Of a DNA stretch of 52,028 nucleotides, positions 1 through 9,612 are shown piece by piece; the first letter of the stretch is position 1; every line of letters begins with the position of its first letter. Below the pieces are notes generated by a model, which had not been told where the DNA came from, did not search any database, and saw nothing but the letters and a program-made list of their open reading frames with translations. Source of the DNA: an archaeon (lineage in GTDB: Archaea; Iainarchaeota; Iainarchaeia; Iainarchaeales; Iainarchaeaceae); contig DATDXA010000005.1 of the NCBI GenBank assembly GCA_035289485.1, positions 1 to 52,028 on the forward strand, read 5' to 3'. The translations under genes and the position numbers were made by a program.

Positions 1-80
1 GCAATCTGCCAAACACTCAACTCGCCAAGTTTCATCTGCCTTACCACCCACTTGAGCTTTCTTTGGTTTAACGTTCTCAT
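1..80 (-). CDS. partial CDS (first 26 codons only, gene runs off left edge), possible HTH protein
   Basis: ATG at 78-80 on minus strand opens MRTLNQRKLKWVVRQMKLGELSVWQIA, open to window edge; too short to classify. Confidence 0.25.
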   Translation of the reverse strand, partial: MRTLNQRKLKWVVRQMKLGELSVWQI

Positions 81-155
81 AGCAAGGTACTCAAAAGACC
101 TTGCTAAATTCCTAGAGAGGACCTTATTTCGGGATAAGACAATTGGCTAACCAAA

Positions 156-503
156 ATGAAAAGGTTAAAAAGCCCTAAACCAAGCATGTATATTATGGCT
201 CATATGCATGCGGAAGGAGATATTGAACTGGGCGGAGCACCCAAAATCAGCGCGCCAAAGAGCATGAGCGATAACTGGTTCCAAAAAATCGAGGATTACA
301 TCACAAGCGGAATTAGCAGGTTCGTTGCATTCCTATTCTTTTTGGTAACACTCGGGGCAGTGCTCGGATATATTGTTGCAATCAGGGGCGAGGGGGAATA
401 CCTAATACTCGTGCCTGCAGCAGCCGGCATTCTCTCATATTATAGCAGAGATTTTGCGGTGGCGGCGTTCGGGCTTTTTGTAATACTAATATTCATACTT
501 TAA
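156..503 (+). CDS. small membrane protein, unknown function
   Basis: 115-aa ORF with two hydrophobic helices in C-terminal half; precedes and is co-oriented with the ArsR-like gene. Confidence 0.45.
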   Translation: MKRLKSPKPSMYIMAHMHAEGDIELGGAPKISAPKSMSDNWFQKIEDYITSGISRFVAFLFFLVTLGAVLGYIVAIRGEGEYLILVPAAAGILSYYSRDFAVAAFGLFVILIFIL

Positions 504-516
504 GAGCGGGATAAAA

Positions 517-1191
517 ATGGGCGACTTATCACTTTCATCTGTCGAGTTCAAGGCACTTTCTTCAGAGTCTCGGACACGCATACTAAAGCTTCTTGCGGAG
601 CGCAACTACACGCTCTCAGAGCTTTCCGCGAAAACCGAAATGGCGGCGCCCACGATAAAGCAGCACGCAACAATACTTGTGGAAAGCGGGCTAATTGAGC
701 TTCGCGATGAGGGAAGGAAATGGAAATATTACGCGCTCACACGCAAGGGAAAGGACGTACTGGGGGCGCAAAAGCCGCAGCAGGCGAATATACTGCTGAT
801 ACTCTCATCCACAGTGATAGTTGCGATGCTCGGGTTTGCAATACTTTCATCCAACATGGGGCTCTACTCCCCATCGGCTGTGCCAACGAGCATGGGGGCT
901 TCACAGGAAATTACTATGGATTCACTTGCCAAGATGCCGCCTAGAACGGGTGAATCGTCTACATCAGCAATGAACGTTGATACTGCAAGATGCGAACCTA
1001 ATTTCGAAGTTGAATATGCAACAGCGCCAAACCAGGGAATTAGCGCATCCGAATACTACGCGCAGAACTGCTACATAAATACTACAGAGCAAAAGTGCCT
1101 TGAGCAGGATTTTTACAACGAAGAGGCGCAAAGGTTTGGCGAAAGTGATGGCAAGCCGGATTGCGCATGGTTTGAACCGACCCAGAGATAA
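517..1191 (+). CDS. ArsR-family winged-HTH regulator fused to a TM helix and Cys-containing extracytoplasmic domain
   Basis: N-terminus FKALSSESRTRILKLLAERNYTLSELSAKTEMAAPTIKQHATILVESGLIE...KWKYYALT is ArsR/SmtB-like; hydrophobic stretch ILLILSSTVIVAMLGFAILS follows. Confidence 0.75.
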   Translation: MGDLSLSSVEFKALSSESRTRILKLLAERNYTLSELSAKTEMAAPTIKQHATILVESGLIELRDEGRKWKYYALTRKGKDVLGAQKPQQANILLILSSTVIVAMLGFAILSSNMGLYSPSAVPTSMGASQEITMDSLAKMPPRTGESSTSAMNVDTARCEPNFEVEYATAPNQGISASEYYAQNCYINTTEQKCLEQDFYNEEAQRFGESDGKPDCAWFEPTQR

Positions 1192-1205
1192 TCGTCAATT
1201 GACGA
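1192..1205 (+). promoter_or_regulatory. perfect 14-nt palindrome TCGTCAATTGACGA abutting a TATA-like TTTAAAT (1210-1216); candidate operator
   Basis: Palindrome read directly; about 25 nt from TATA to ATG 1240; same motif at 3525-3539 and 29662-29677. Confidence 0.5.
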
Positions 1206-1239
1206 ATTGTTTAAATCTGTTTCTTAGCGCCATATATGC

Positions 1240-1770
1240 ATGAAACCTGCCGGTTTTTTCGGAGGGATTGTTCTAATAGCGGCAATCGCGCTGCTGCTTG
1301 CGCTCTCTGCCCTTTCTGCAAAAAACCCAGCACAATACGCGGACACGGAAAGTGAAATCATCCGGATGCAGCACACCGCCTTTGAACGAGCGGAGGCTGA
1401 AATCTTTCTTGACCATGCGATTGAATACGCAGTGATTGAATCAGCGTTTCCGCCTGTTGAATCCGAAAAAACCAAGGCGCTTGCAAATTGGAAAATTATC
1501 GAATCGCTAAGAATGCTCGGCATCGAAGGTTTTGTATGTGACGATAATTGGCCCGAAGATGCGCGCGAAGAAATATCTACGCAAAATCTTGGCGCAATCA
1601 CAAAAGCGCTGGTGACAAAAATCGGCCCACTTACAACAATTGAATACATTTTTTCAGGAGGAGAAGATGGCAAGCGACATATTTGCGCAAAAATCGAAAA
1701 TGGAAATTATTCGGTGACGCTTAGAGTTCCACGCGGCTACAGGGTTTTGATGGCGGTGCCTTCGCCATGA
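1240..1770 (+). CDS. hypothetical protein with hydrophobic N-terminus (possible pilin-like/pseudopilin)
   Basis: MKPAGFFGGIVLIAAIALLLALSA N-terminus; first gene of a run of overlapping small genes. Confidence 0.45.
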   Translation: MKPAGFFGGIVLIAAIALLLALSALSAKNPAQYADTESEIIRMQHTAFERAEAEIFLDHAIEYAVIESAFPPVESEKTKALANWKIIESLRMLGIEGFVCDDNWPEDAREEISTQNLGAITKALVTKIGPLTTIEYIFSGGEDGKRHICAKIENGNYSVTLRVPRGYRVLMAVPSP

Positions 1771-2078
1771 ATGGCACCGAGCTTATTTTCGCGCTGCTTG
1801 CAGTGGCGTCTTTTGCGGCATTTGCGGTTTTTTCTGAGCAGACGTTACTTGAAAAAGTAAAGGCGGCGGAAAGCCTTTTTGCGAGCAAAGCAGAGGCAAC
1901 AGAGTGCGCCGCACTTGCAAACCAGTATTATGCGAATGCAGGGGGCACACTTCAAAAGAATATTGATTGCGCGATTTCAGGTGGATTTGCGTTCTCAGGA
2001 ATTTCCAAATCCAGAGTAATGCCCGCCGCATTACAGAGTGCAAGCATGCTAATTGAGGTGGAGAGGCATTATGGATGA
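1767..2078 (+). CDS. hypothetical small protein with hydrophobic N-terminus (pilin-like?)
   Basis: ATGA overlap with upstream gene; MNGTELIFALLAVASFAAFAVF. Confidence 0.45.
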   Translation: MNGTELIFALLAVASFAAFAVFSEQTLLEKVKAAESLFASKAEATECAALANQYYANAGGTLQKNIDCAISGGFAFSGISKSRVMPAALQSASMLIEVERHYG

Positions 2079-2568
2079 GAATGAAGTAGGGGCAAGAGGC
2101 TATTTTTCTAAAATCAATTCACGCGGGATTATTTTCACCCTTGATTCATTCGTTGCGTGCGCAATCCTGCTATTTTCGCTTTTTCTAATATTTGCACAAA
2201 CAGGGGCACATGCACATGCCGCAGCAGAGCAGGCGCAAAATTCGGAAAAGGAATTTTTTGCCGCCGCACTTTCAGAGGCGATTGTGAAAAACCGTGATGA
2301 TGCAAATCCGTTTCGCGGCTCTGCATATTACAATGAAGAAAAGAAAAGGGTTGAAGCGAATGTACTGGACGAAGCGCTGCTTTTGCAAGTCTCGCGGCAG
2401 GATTTCGGGAAATACTCGCTTGAAGCGCTTTATGAAAGAGATGCTGATGGCACAAGGTATTTTTTCAACTCCGCGGCCGGAGAGTGCATTGCAGTGGAGA
2501 GATTTGTTGTCATGAAAAGGGTTATTGAGAGTAAAACTATAATCGGAGTTGTTGTTTGTGGAAAATAG
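2071..2568 (+). CDS. pilin-like protein, G/IIFTLD-type class III signal-like N-terminus
   Basis: SKINSRG-IIFTLDSFVACAILLFSLFLIF; same motif class as 32827 and 33345 genes; start chosen at ATG 2071, which overlaps the upstream stop. Confidence 0.55.
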   Translation: MDENEVGARGYFSKINSRGIIFTLDSFVACAILLFSLFLIFAQTGAHAHAAAEQAQNSEKEFFAAALSEAIVKNRDDANPFRGSAYYNEEKKRVEANVLDEALLLQVSRQDFGKYSLEALYERDADGTRYFFNSAAGECIAVERFVVMKRVIESKTIIGVVVCGK

Positions 2569-2905
2569 CGGGCTGCTTTCCATCGAGGCCGCCGCTTCGC
2601 TTGCAGTGCTCATAGTGATTGCGCTTTCCCTGCCTTCGCCGCAACCTAGTGGCGCGGAAAACCTTTTCACGATGCAAAAAATGGATGACATGCTCATTGT
2701 CTGGGCAAGAAACGGCACGGGAATGAATGAAATGGTGCAGGATGCCGAACTCGCTCTTGGAAAAGGAAATTTTGAAATTGAAATTTATGGAGAAGACCAT
2801 TTACCTGCGGAACAAAAAATGCAAAACGGCAAGCTAACGGTCCGCGAAATAAGGGTTTTCTCCCCAACAGGGCCGCGTGCAATCAGGTTATCAGTCGCTC
2901 AATGA
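2549..2905 (+). CDS. hypothetical small protein with hydrophobic N-terminus (pilin-like?)
   Basis: ENSGLLSIEAAASLAVLIVIALSL; start uncertain (TTG 2549 or GTG 2558). Confidence 0.4.
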   Translation: MLFVENSGLLSIEAAASLAVLIVIALSLPSPQPSGAENLFTMQKMDDMLIVWARNGTGMNEMVQDAELALGKGNFEIEIYGEDHLPAEQKMQNGKLTVREIRVFSPTGPRAIRLSVAQ

Positions 2906-3310
2906 AATTTTTCCGCCGGATTTGCGGATGTGCAAAGTGATTTTTTTCGTGAAAGTGCTTTTGGATAAGTTGCATGCAACATTTTCCGGAAGCGGGAATG
3001 AAACAATGCGCTCAGGGGCTGCATGAACTGAAATCCTGCACCCGCCGGAAGCATTTACAGAAAGCCCTGAGATTTCCCACTCGCCAAAAATATCTGAAGA
3101 CACGGATTGCGAAGAACTGTCCCCGAGAGAAGTTAGAAGCGCGGCTTTACTGGTTATGTTATTTGCAAACGCTTTGGCGTTCTGCGCATCAATTGCGGCG
3201 ATTGCAGAATCGTGAAGGCCTGAGAATGCGGAAACAGAAACCGAAAGGAACCCAAGGAGTGCGGCGAGCAGAATCATGAACTCAAGGCTTGCTTGGCCTT
3301 TTGGATTCAT
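2891..3310 (-). CDS. class III signal peptide pilin (QxSxE type)
   Basis: MNPKG-QASLEFMILLAALLGFL matches the archaeal class III signal motif QXSXEXXXL. Confidence 0.75.
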   Translation of the reverse strand: MNPKGQASLEFMILLAALLGFLSVSVSAFSGLHDSAIAAIDAQNAKAFANNITSKAALLTSLGDSSSQSVSSDIFGEWEISGLSVNASGGCRISVHAAPERIVSFPLPENVACNLSKSTFTKKITLHIRKSGGKISLSD

Positions 3311-3490
3311 CTAAATGTCCTCTATCTTGTCAAAAATTGAATCGGACTTTTTGGTGAAAACCTGCGCGCCTTTTTCAGCGGTTTTCTGCAGCTGCGAGAC
3401 CAGAAGCAAAACTATTGCAACAACCGCGGCAAGAATTATTATCAATTCGATTGAAATCTGAGCCCGTTCGCCTGAGATGCCCAAAACCAT
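3311..3490 (-). CDS. small class III signal peptide protein (minor pilin-like, about 59 aa)
   Basis: MVLGISGERA-QISIELIIILAAVVAIVLLLV; ATG 3490 lies about 25 nt from TATA 3513-3520. Confidence 0.7.
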   Translation of the reverse strand: MVLGISGERAQISIELIIILAAVVAIVLLLVSQLQKTAEKGAQVFTKKSDSIFDKIEDI

Positions 3491-3524
3491 GAGCAAAAAT
3501 GGGTAAAAACAATTTATAAATATT

Positions 3525-3539
3525 ACGTCGATTGACGAT
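3525..3539 (-). promoter_or_regulatory. near-palindrome ATCGTCAATCGACGT (minus-strand reading) abutting TATA TTTATAAA; candidate operator
   Basis: Same 9-nt half-site ATCGTCAAT and same position relative to TATA as at 1192 and 29662. Confidence 0.5.
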
Positions 3540-3671
3540 AACTAATTATATTAAGGGTTAGGAAGTATTGAATGTATTATACCGGTAAGGCCGCTATGGG
3601 CAGGGCGCGGAAAAAGCCCAAAGCTATGGAAGCTTTTCCACGATGAAGTTGATGCCACCCAAAATAAGATT

Positions 3672-3980
3672 ATGAATATTAGTCTCAAAGCCGGCGAAAA
3701 AAACATTTATGTGGCCGGCTCACCTAAACGCCAAAAACTTTTAAAACAAGAAGTGAAATATTCCGTAGCAGGAAGATATGCGGCACATCAAGTGGAAATC
3801 CCACAAGAGAAATGGCGAGAAATAATGGATGCCGCAGAAACAGTTGCAAAAGGAGCCAAGTTTTATTCCGGGGACATTCCGAAAAATGCAAGAAGTAAGC
3901 TCAGAGAATTGCTTGGGTCAAAAGCACAGGCGTTTTGGAAGGAATATTTGTATGCGCTTAAAGAAATTAGGGGGCTTTGA
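3672..3980 (+). CDS. hypothetical protein
   Basis: 102-aa ORF, no recognisable motif. Confidence 0.35.
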   Translation: MNISLKAGEKNIYVAGSPKRQKLLKQEVKYSVAGRYAAHQVEIPQEKWREIMDAAETVAKGAKFYSGDIPKNARSKLRELLGSKAQAFWKEYLYALKEIRGL

Positions 3981-4007
3981 GACCGCTAAGGCAGCTATTT
4001 ATAGTTT

Positions 4008-4637
4008 TTGGATTTAATTCACTGCATGAACGCGCGCGAACGAAATGACCTTATCATTAGCTGGCTTACTATCAGCTTCGCATTCGCATGGATACAGGTA
4101 AATGTGCTCACCTCCGGTGGCGTGATGGACCTTGTCGCTGCATTTGTGATAATGCTCGTTGCGGTGGGCGCGGGATTCATACTCCATGAACTCGCACACA
4201 AGTACGTTGCAATACATTACGGCGCGCACGCCGAATTTCGTATGTGGAGAGAAGGCCTAATTTTCGCGATAATACTCGCATTTACAATTGGAATAGTATT
4301 CGCCGCCCCCGGAGCGGTATATGTGATGGGAAGAAGCATAACAACAAGGCAAAATGGTATAATCTCCCTAGCAGGGCCGGTAACAAATCTTGCGATAGTT
4401 CTTGCGTTTGGAATGCTTTATGGACTGCTCAATCCTGCAGGCTTTCTGAAGGCATTGATTGCATATACAATGCAGATAAACTTCTTCCTTGCCGCATTCA
4501 ACATGCTGCCGATTTTTCCGCTAGACGGGAGCAAGGTATTTGCATGGAATAAGGGCATTTGGCTTGTTACAATAGCCATTGCGGCAGCCGGAGTGATTTT
4601 CTTTAATGATGTGCTTGCGTTGTTTTCAATGGCGTGA
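4008..4637 (+). CDS. site-2 protease family (M50) membrane metalloprotease
   Basis: HELAHKYV (HExxH) in a TM helix plus NMLPIFPLDGSKV (LDG motif), multi-pass membrane protein. Confidence 0.8.
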   Translation: MDLIHCMNARERNDLIISWLTISFAFAWIQVNVLTSGGVMDLVAAFVIMLVAVGAGFILHELAHKYVAIHYGAHAEFRMWREGLIFAIILAFTIGIVFAAPGAVYVMGRSITTRQNGIISLAGPVTNLAIVLAFGMLYGLLNPAGFLKALIAYTMQINFFLAAFNMLPIFPLDGSKVFAWNKGIWLVTIAIAAAGVIFFNDVLALFSMA

Positions 4638-4716
4638 TTGCACATTCCGAAAGCAAATTTATTGTGGAAATTAACACGGCGCAAAGTGGTTTAAGAACCT
4701 AAGTGCCAATACTTGC

Positions 4717-5442
4717 ATGAAATTTGCTTTGGCGATTGGCGCACTGGGATTGTTGCTGCTTTCAGGATGCACGCAGCAGGAGCAGAATGCGTGCGCGCAG
4801 ATTATTACACCGGCGGTTTCTCCGGACGGCACATGTAGAGAATACCCGACGCCTTGCGATGTCCCGGACGGATACACTGTTGTTGAAAAATGCGCAGCAT
4901 CGGCAAACCTTTGCGCAGGAATTGTATGTGAAGACAAGTGTGTGGGCTCGACCCTTTACACAAACGGCTTGTGCTCTAACGGAAAATGCAATTATAACCA
5001 GCAGTTTGACAATTCCGCATGCGTAGTACAGGAAGAAAATTTCCAGTTCGATGCAAACCTTGTCTTCTGCGACTACGATGCGATTTCAAAGAAATACGTG
5101 CTCTTCTACCAGATAAGAAACAGAACAGACAACATCCCGACTTATAGGTCCTCGATTTGGCTCAACGTGCCCGCATTAAATTATGGCAATGAGAGGACAA
5201 TACAGGCAAGTTACAAAAAGAATCAGATACTCTGGGAAAACCAGTCATACAGCTTCCTTGGGGAGAGATTCCGCGGGCAGGCCTGGGAAATACGAGACCA
5301 GAACATATTCCTGCCGCTTGACTTTGAGCTAATCTACTGTGAGCCCGAATTTTCGGATAATGGAGAATGCACTTCGCAAAATGGCGTACTTATAGCGCAG
5401 GGAAATACTGCGCAGCTTTGCACAAAGCCAGAATTTACATAA
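4717..5442 (+). CDS. secreted Cys-rich lipoprotein, unknown function
   Basis: MKFALAIGALGLLLLSGC lipobox-like signal; many Cys in the N-terminal third. Confidence 0.55.
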   Translation: MKFALAIGALGLLLLSGCTQQEQNACAQIITPAVSPDGTCREYPTPCDVPDGYTVVEKCAASANLCAGIVCEDKCVGSTLYTNGLCSNGKCNYNQQFDNSACVVQEENFQFDANLVFCDYDAISKKYVLFYQIRNRTDNIPTYRSSIWLNVPALNYGNERTIQASYKKNQILWENQSYSFLGERFRGQAWEIRDQNIFLPLDFELIYCEPEFSDNGECTSQNGVLIAQGNTAQLCTKPEFT

Positions 5443-5483
5443 GTGCGGTGAATGGAAGCAGATTATAGGTCAGCGAATACTAT

Positions 5484-7973
5484 TTATCTCACATAACTTG
5501 GCCTGAATGCCTGCGCAACTGTTGCCTTGAACGCATCGTAAGATTCCATTGTTTCCTTTGAAATAGAAGGCTGGACTTTTTTCATTGCCTCTTCAAAATT
5601 TGAAAGCTTGATTTCCGTTGGCTTGAAATTTGCCTCCTGCATAGCAATCAAGGCAGCCTCCCTAATCAGCCCTTCGATGTCTGCTCCGCTGTAGCCTTCG
5701 GTTTTTTCTGCCAAATCTGCGCCTGAAACATTCTTTGCAAGTGGAACGCCTTTTAGGTGTATTCCAAAAATAGATTTTCTAGATTCAATATCAGGAGCTG
5801 GAACTTTCACAATCTTGTCAATTCTCCCAGGCCTCATGAGCGCAGGGTCTATCAAATCAGGCCTATTGGTGGCGGCAATGAACACAACGCCCTTTAGCTC
5901 TTCGATTCCATCTAGCTCGGTGAGAAGCTGGTTTACCATGCGTTCTCCAACGCCAGAATCCATTGACATCCCCCGGCGCGCGGCTACGCTATCTATTTCA
6001 TCGAAGAAAACAATGACTGGAGAGACCTGCCTTGCCCTCTGGAAAACCTTGCGAATTCCCTTTTCACTTTCGCCAACCCACATGCTGATTAGCTGCGGGC
6101 CTTTTATGCTTATGAAATTTGCCTCGGATTCTGTTGCAACAGCCTTTGCAATTGCGGTCTTTCCGCATCCGGGTGGGCCGTAGAGCAAAATTCCGCGCGG
6201 TGGCTTTATCCCCATTTTCTGGAAGCTCTCGGGATTTTTGAGCGGCCACTCAACTGCCTGCTTTAGCTCCATCTTCACCTGTTCAAGGCCGCCGATATCG
6301 CCCCATTTGACATTTGGAATTTCAATTGCAACTTCCCTTAGCGCGGAGGGCTGCACATCCTTTAGCGCCTCCTGGAAATCCTCGCGTTTAACTTCGAGGG
6401 CTTCGAGAACCTCTGCAGGAATTGTTTCTTCCTCAAGATTTATTTTGGGAAGGTAGCGGCGCAGCGCCTTCATTGCGGATTCTTTTGTAAGGGCCTCAAG
6501 GTCGGCGCCCACAAATCCGTGCGTGATTCCCGCAAAATAATCCAAGGAAACCTCGTCAGAAAGCCTTTTTGTAGCCAATTCAGAAATCAGCGAATTTACT
6601 TTCAGGCTGGGATTTTCCTTTATTCTTCTAATGCCTAAATCTAAATCAAAATTGGCAATAAGCTTTTCTAAATCTTTGGAGTCGGCGTCCTTTGGAAGTT
6701 TTTTTTTGCAAAAATCTAAAAGTTTCTCAGTTAATTCATCACGTGAAACATTTTGTTTGGTTAAAATATCGGCAAATGTTTTGTTTTTCTCCGAATCTTT
6801 TGATTCTGAACCGTTTGAGTAAAGAGCCGTTAAAATACCCGCTTCTTGTTTGGTGAATCGAGTAAGCGGCATCCCCCTTGAATGTATCTGCAAAATATCG
6901 AGCCTCCCCTTCTTTGAAGGAACGCCGATTTCTATTTCGCGGTCAAATCTTCCTGGCCGGCGCAGTGCCTCATCAATGCTATTAATCCTGTTTGTGGCAC
7001 CGATCACAATTACCTGCCCGCGCGATTCCATGCCATCCATTGCTGAAAGTATCTGCGCAACAACTCGCCTCTCAACTTCGCCGACGACCTCGTCCCTTTT
7101 TGGGGCAATCGCATCAAGCTCGTCAAAGAAAATTATCGAAGGCGCGTTCTTCTCCGCATCCTTGAAAACCTCACGTATGCGCTCTTCTGCTTCGCCTACA
7201 AATTTGCTCATGATGCTTGGAGAACTGATTGAGATGAAATGCGCCTGCGTCTCGTTCGCAACCGCTTTTGCGAGAAGTGTTTTTCCGGTTCCCGGAGGGC
7301 CGTAGAGCAAAACCCCTTTTGGAGGATTTATTCCAAGGCGCCTGAAAATTTCCGGATGCCTCATCGGAAGCTCGATCATCTCGCGCACCTTTTGCACCTG
7401 CTCTTCAAGGCCGCCAATGTCCTCATAAGAAATTCGCGGGATTCCGCCGAGTGCGTCCTGCACCGGCTCTTCTTTGAGAATGAATTGCGTGAAATCGGTG
7501 ACCTTTACAATGCCGCGCGGATTTGTATCAATCACTTGGTAAATAAAACCAGAGCCAAAAACGCTGATGAGAACGCGATCTCCCTTATTGAGAGGCCTTC
7601 CTATAAAATTCTTTTTCAGTATCCTGTCATATCCGGAAGCAATTATGCGAACTTCCTGAGTGGGCGCGAGAACTACCCTTTTTGCTTCGGTGAATTCTGC
7701 CTTCTGCACATTCACTTTTTCCCCAAGCCCGACTCCCGCATTTCGCCTTATGAGATTGTCCATTCTGATTATGCCCTTGCCCTCATCTTCCTGGCGCGCC
7801 GGCCATATGACCGCCGCGGTTCTTTGTGTCCCTATGATTTCTACAATGTCACCTGAAGTTACGCCAAGATCCTCTTTTGTTTTGCGGTCAAGCGTGATGA
7901 TGTTTCTTCCAACATGCGAGGGATCAGGTTCTTCGACCCGCAGGGAAATCTGCCGATGCTTTACATCTGCCAT
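5484..7973 (-). CDS. cdc48: Cdc48/VCP-like AAA+ ATPase (two AAA domains) with about 90-100 aa insertion in D1
   Basis: Two Walker A ([16 protein letters not shown]), two Walker B ([15 protein letters not shown]), N-domain; start set at MADVKHRQ (ATG 7973), the hydrophobic 22-aa upstream extension rejected. Confidence 0.93.
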   Translation of the reverse strand: MADVKHRQISLRVEEPDPSHVGRNIITLDRKTKEDLGVTSGDIVEIIGTQRTAAVIWPARQEDEGKGIIRMDNLIRRNAGVGLGEKVNVQKAEFTEAKRVVLAPTQEVRIIASGYDRILKKNFIGRPLNKGDRVLISVFGSGFIYQVIDTNPRGIVKVTDFTQFILKEEPVQDALGGIPRISYEDIGGLEEQVQKVREMIELPMRHPEIFRRLGINPPKGVLLYGPPGTGKTLLAKAVANETQAHFISISSPSIMSKFVGEAEERIREVFKDAEKNAPSIIFFDELDAIAPKRDEVVGEVERRVVAQILSAMDGMESRGQVIVIGATNRINSIDEALRRPGRFDREIEIGVPSKKGRLDILQIHSRGMPLTRFTKQEAGILTALYSNGSESKDSEKNKTFADILTKQNVSRDELTEKLLDFCKKKLPKDADSKDLEKLIANFDLDLGIRRIKENPSLKVNSLISELATKRLSDEVSLDYFAGITHGFVGADLEALTKESAMKALRRYLPKINLEEETIPAEVLEALEVKREDFQEALKDVQPSALREVAIEIPNVKWGDIGGLEQVKMELKQAVEWPLKNPESFQKMGIKPPRGILLYGPPGCGKTAIAKAVATESEANFISIKGPQLISMWVGESEKGIRKVFQRARQVSPVIVFFDEIDSVAARRGMSMDSGVGERMVNQLLTELDGIEELKGVVFIAATNRPDLIDPALMRPGRIDKIVKVPAPDIESRKSIFGIHLKGVPLAKNVSGADLAEKTEGYSGADIEGLIREAALIAMQEANFKPTEIKLSNFEEAMKKVQPSISKETMESYDAFKATVAQAFRPSYVR

Positions 7974-8048
7974 AAAAGAGGGGAACGCGGTAACGAATAA
8001 GAATATAACTAATTGCCAAGTGAGGATGGGAAATGGCAATAATGCACT

Positions 8049-8852
8049 TTATTGCAAGGAAAAGGCGATACCACCGTTTGGGAGCAGTGCAATTACATCA
8101 TCTATTGTGATTTGCGCATTTTTCCCAAGCTTTGAGCGGAAAATTCCAAGTAGTCTTTTCGCGCCCTCGCCTTTTGGCATATCGCCAAATGAGAGCCGCA
8201 TTGAAAAGTCCGCCTTTTTTTCAACCGTTTGCGGCGGCCCTGAAAAAAGCTCCAATGCGCCGTCGGTTTGCTTAAAGCCTATTGAGAGCGAAAGAGGCGT
8301 TTTCTTATACCACTCGCGCTCGCCATAAATCATGAATGCGCCGGTGCCAATTGATTCGCCTGTTGGGGCGCTCTTGCTCACCTGCTCTGGGCGCGCGGAG
8401 TACACATCAACTGAGGGGAGCTTTTGCTCCCAGGCTTTTGAAAAAACGGCGGCGAAAACAGCGGCCTGCGCAAGGGAATCTTTTCCCGGCTTGCGCCCTT
8501 CTGTTTTGAGGATTGTGTGTGGCGCGCCGTGAATATCCGCATGGAAATAAACATCGTTTTTGTCCATGAGCTTTTTTACAACAACCTCGTTGCTCTTGGC
8601 ATCGCGCCCCGCGACAACCAAAAAGCCCTCGCCTGTGAAAAACCAGTGGTACTTCTCAAACCATCTGCGCTCGCGCTTTTTTACGGCCTTTATCTCCTTG
8701 CCCTTTTTCGAGGCTTCGATTGCCATCTTGCGTGAAATTTCCTTTGTGCCCTTCTCAAGGCCGAGGAGTTTTTTCTTTGCCTTTTTGGAAAGAGCATAAT
8801 AGCTTTCGGCATTTTCGCGTATTCCTTTTGTGAAATCTATTTCAATGCGCAT
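8049..8852 (-). CDS. short NFACT-family protein (NFACT-R/DUF814-type, Rqc2/RqcH C-terminal half-like)
   Basis: WFEKYHWFFTGEGFLVVAGRDAKSNEVVVKKLMDKNDVYFHADIHGAPHTILK matches the DUF814 core; only 267 aa, no NFACT-N region. Confidence 0.7.
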   Translation of the reverse strand: MRIEIDFTKGIRENAESYYALSKKAKKKLLGLEKGTKEISRKMAIEASKKGKEIKAVKKRERRWFEKYHWFFTGEGFLVVAGRDAKSNEVVVKKLMDKNDVYFHADIHGAPHTILKTEGRKPGKDSLAQAAVFAAVFSKAWEQKLPSVDVYSARPEQVSKSAPTGESIGTGAFMIYGEREWYKKTPLSLSIGFKQTDGALELFSGPPQTVEKKADFSMRLSFGDMPKGEGAKRLLGIFRSKLGKNAQITIDDVIALLPNGGIAFSLQ

Positions 8853-9377
8853 TCAAAGCCCCCTTGATTTTCTTATGGCGTGAATTAGCGCGTCCGTTCT
8901 TGAATCGAGCTTGTAAAATGGCTCGGTTACATAAAATATCTGCCTATCTTTTACAAAATCCTGAATGCCTGAGAGGTTCTCGAAATATTTCTTCCCAACC
9001 CCCTTGTGATAGGATTCAATGTCCTTGTAGATGTGGCGCGCAAGAATGTTCCAGTTTCCAGAGCCAAGAATTCCTGAGAGAAAATAAAGATTGTCATCCT
9101 TTTTCACTTCATCGAGGAACTTTTTTAGAAAATCCTTGTCCGTGAGATCGGTCTGCAGAAGGGTTAGCACCTCAAGGCGGTAGTCGAACTTTCTAAAATC
9201 TACCTTCGGGCCATAACCTGTGAGAAGGCCTTCTTTTGCAAGGAAATCAAGTGAGGATTTTATCGTGGCCTTATGGTACCCCGTGAGCTTTTGAATATGG
9301 CGCACATTCGGAGAAACGCTCCCGTTTTTTAGCAGCGCAGTGAGAATATTTAGCCTAACCTCATCATCCATTTTCAT
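8853..9377 (-). CDS. winged-helix transcriptional regulator (unclassified)
   Basis: RLNILTALLKNGSVSPNVRHIQKLTGYHKATIKSSLDFLAKEGLL; abuts the NFACT gene start. Confidence 0.5.
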   Translation of the reverse strand: MKMDDEVRLNILTALLKNGSVSPNVRHIQKLTGYHKATIKSSLDFLAKEGLLTGYGPKVDFRKFDYRLEVLTLLQTDLTDKDFLKKFLDEVKKDDNLYFLSGILGSGNWNILARHIYKDIESYHKGVGKKYFENLSGIQDFVKDRQIFYVTEPFYKLDSRTDALIHAIRKSRGL

Positions 9378-9539
9378 TATAGCAGCCATGCAAATCAATG
9401 ATATTTTGGCACAGCAGTTTTATTAAAAGATGTTCAAAAATCACATCAAAAGCCCGTGATATTATATAAGCAATATAAGGAGCAATAGTATTTGTAGAAA
9501 AATCTAGGGGGAATCCAATCCTAAAAAGTGAATCAAGCA

Positions 9540-9596
9540 GGATGGGGCTATGCTCACCAAGCTAGGAAAAGAAAACTCTTTTTCCACGCCCCATCC
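9540..9596 (-). terminator. nested hairpin downstream of topA, followed by oligo-T on the minus strand
   Basis: GGATGGGGC (9540-9548) pairs with GCCCCATCC (9588-9596); inner GGAAAA/TTTTCC stem; T5 at 9523-9527 on minus. Confidence 0.3.
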
Positions 9597-9612
9597 GCTT
9601 CTCCTCAAAAAT

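Noticed and set aside
7974-8039. 22-codon hydrophobic N-terminal extension of Cdc48 in the ORF track
   Set aside because: Cdc48 N-domains begin like MADVK...ISLRV. The extension has no homology logic and would add a spurious TM-like segment.
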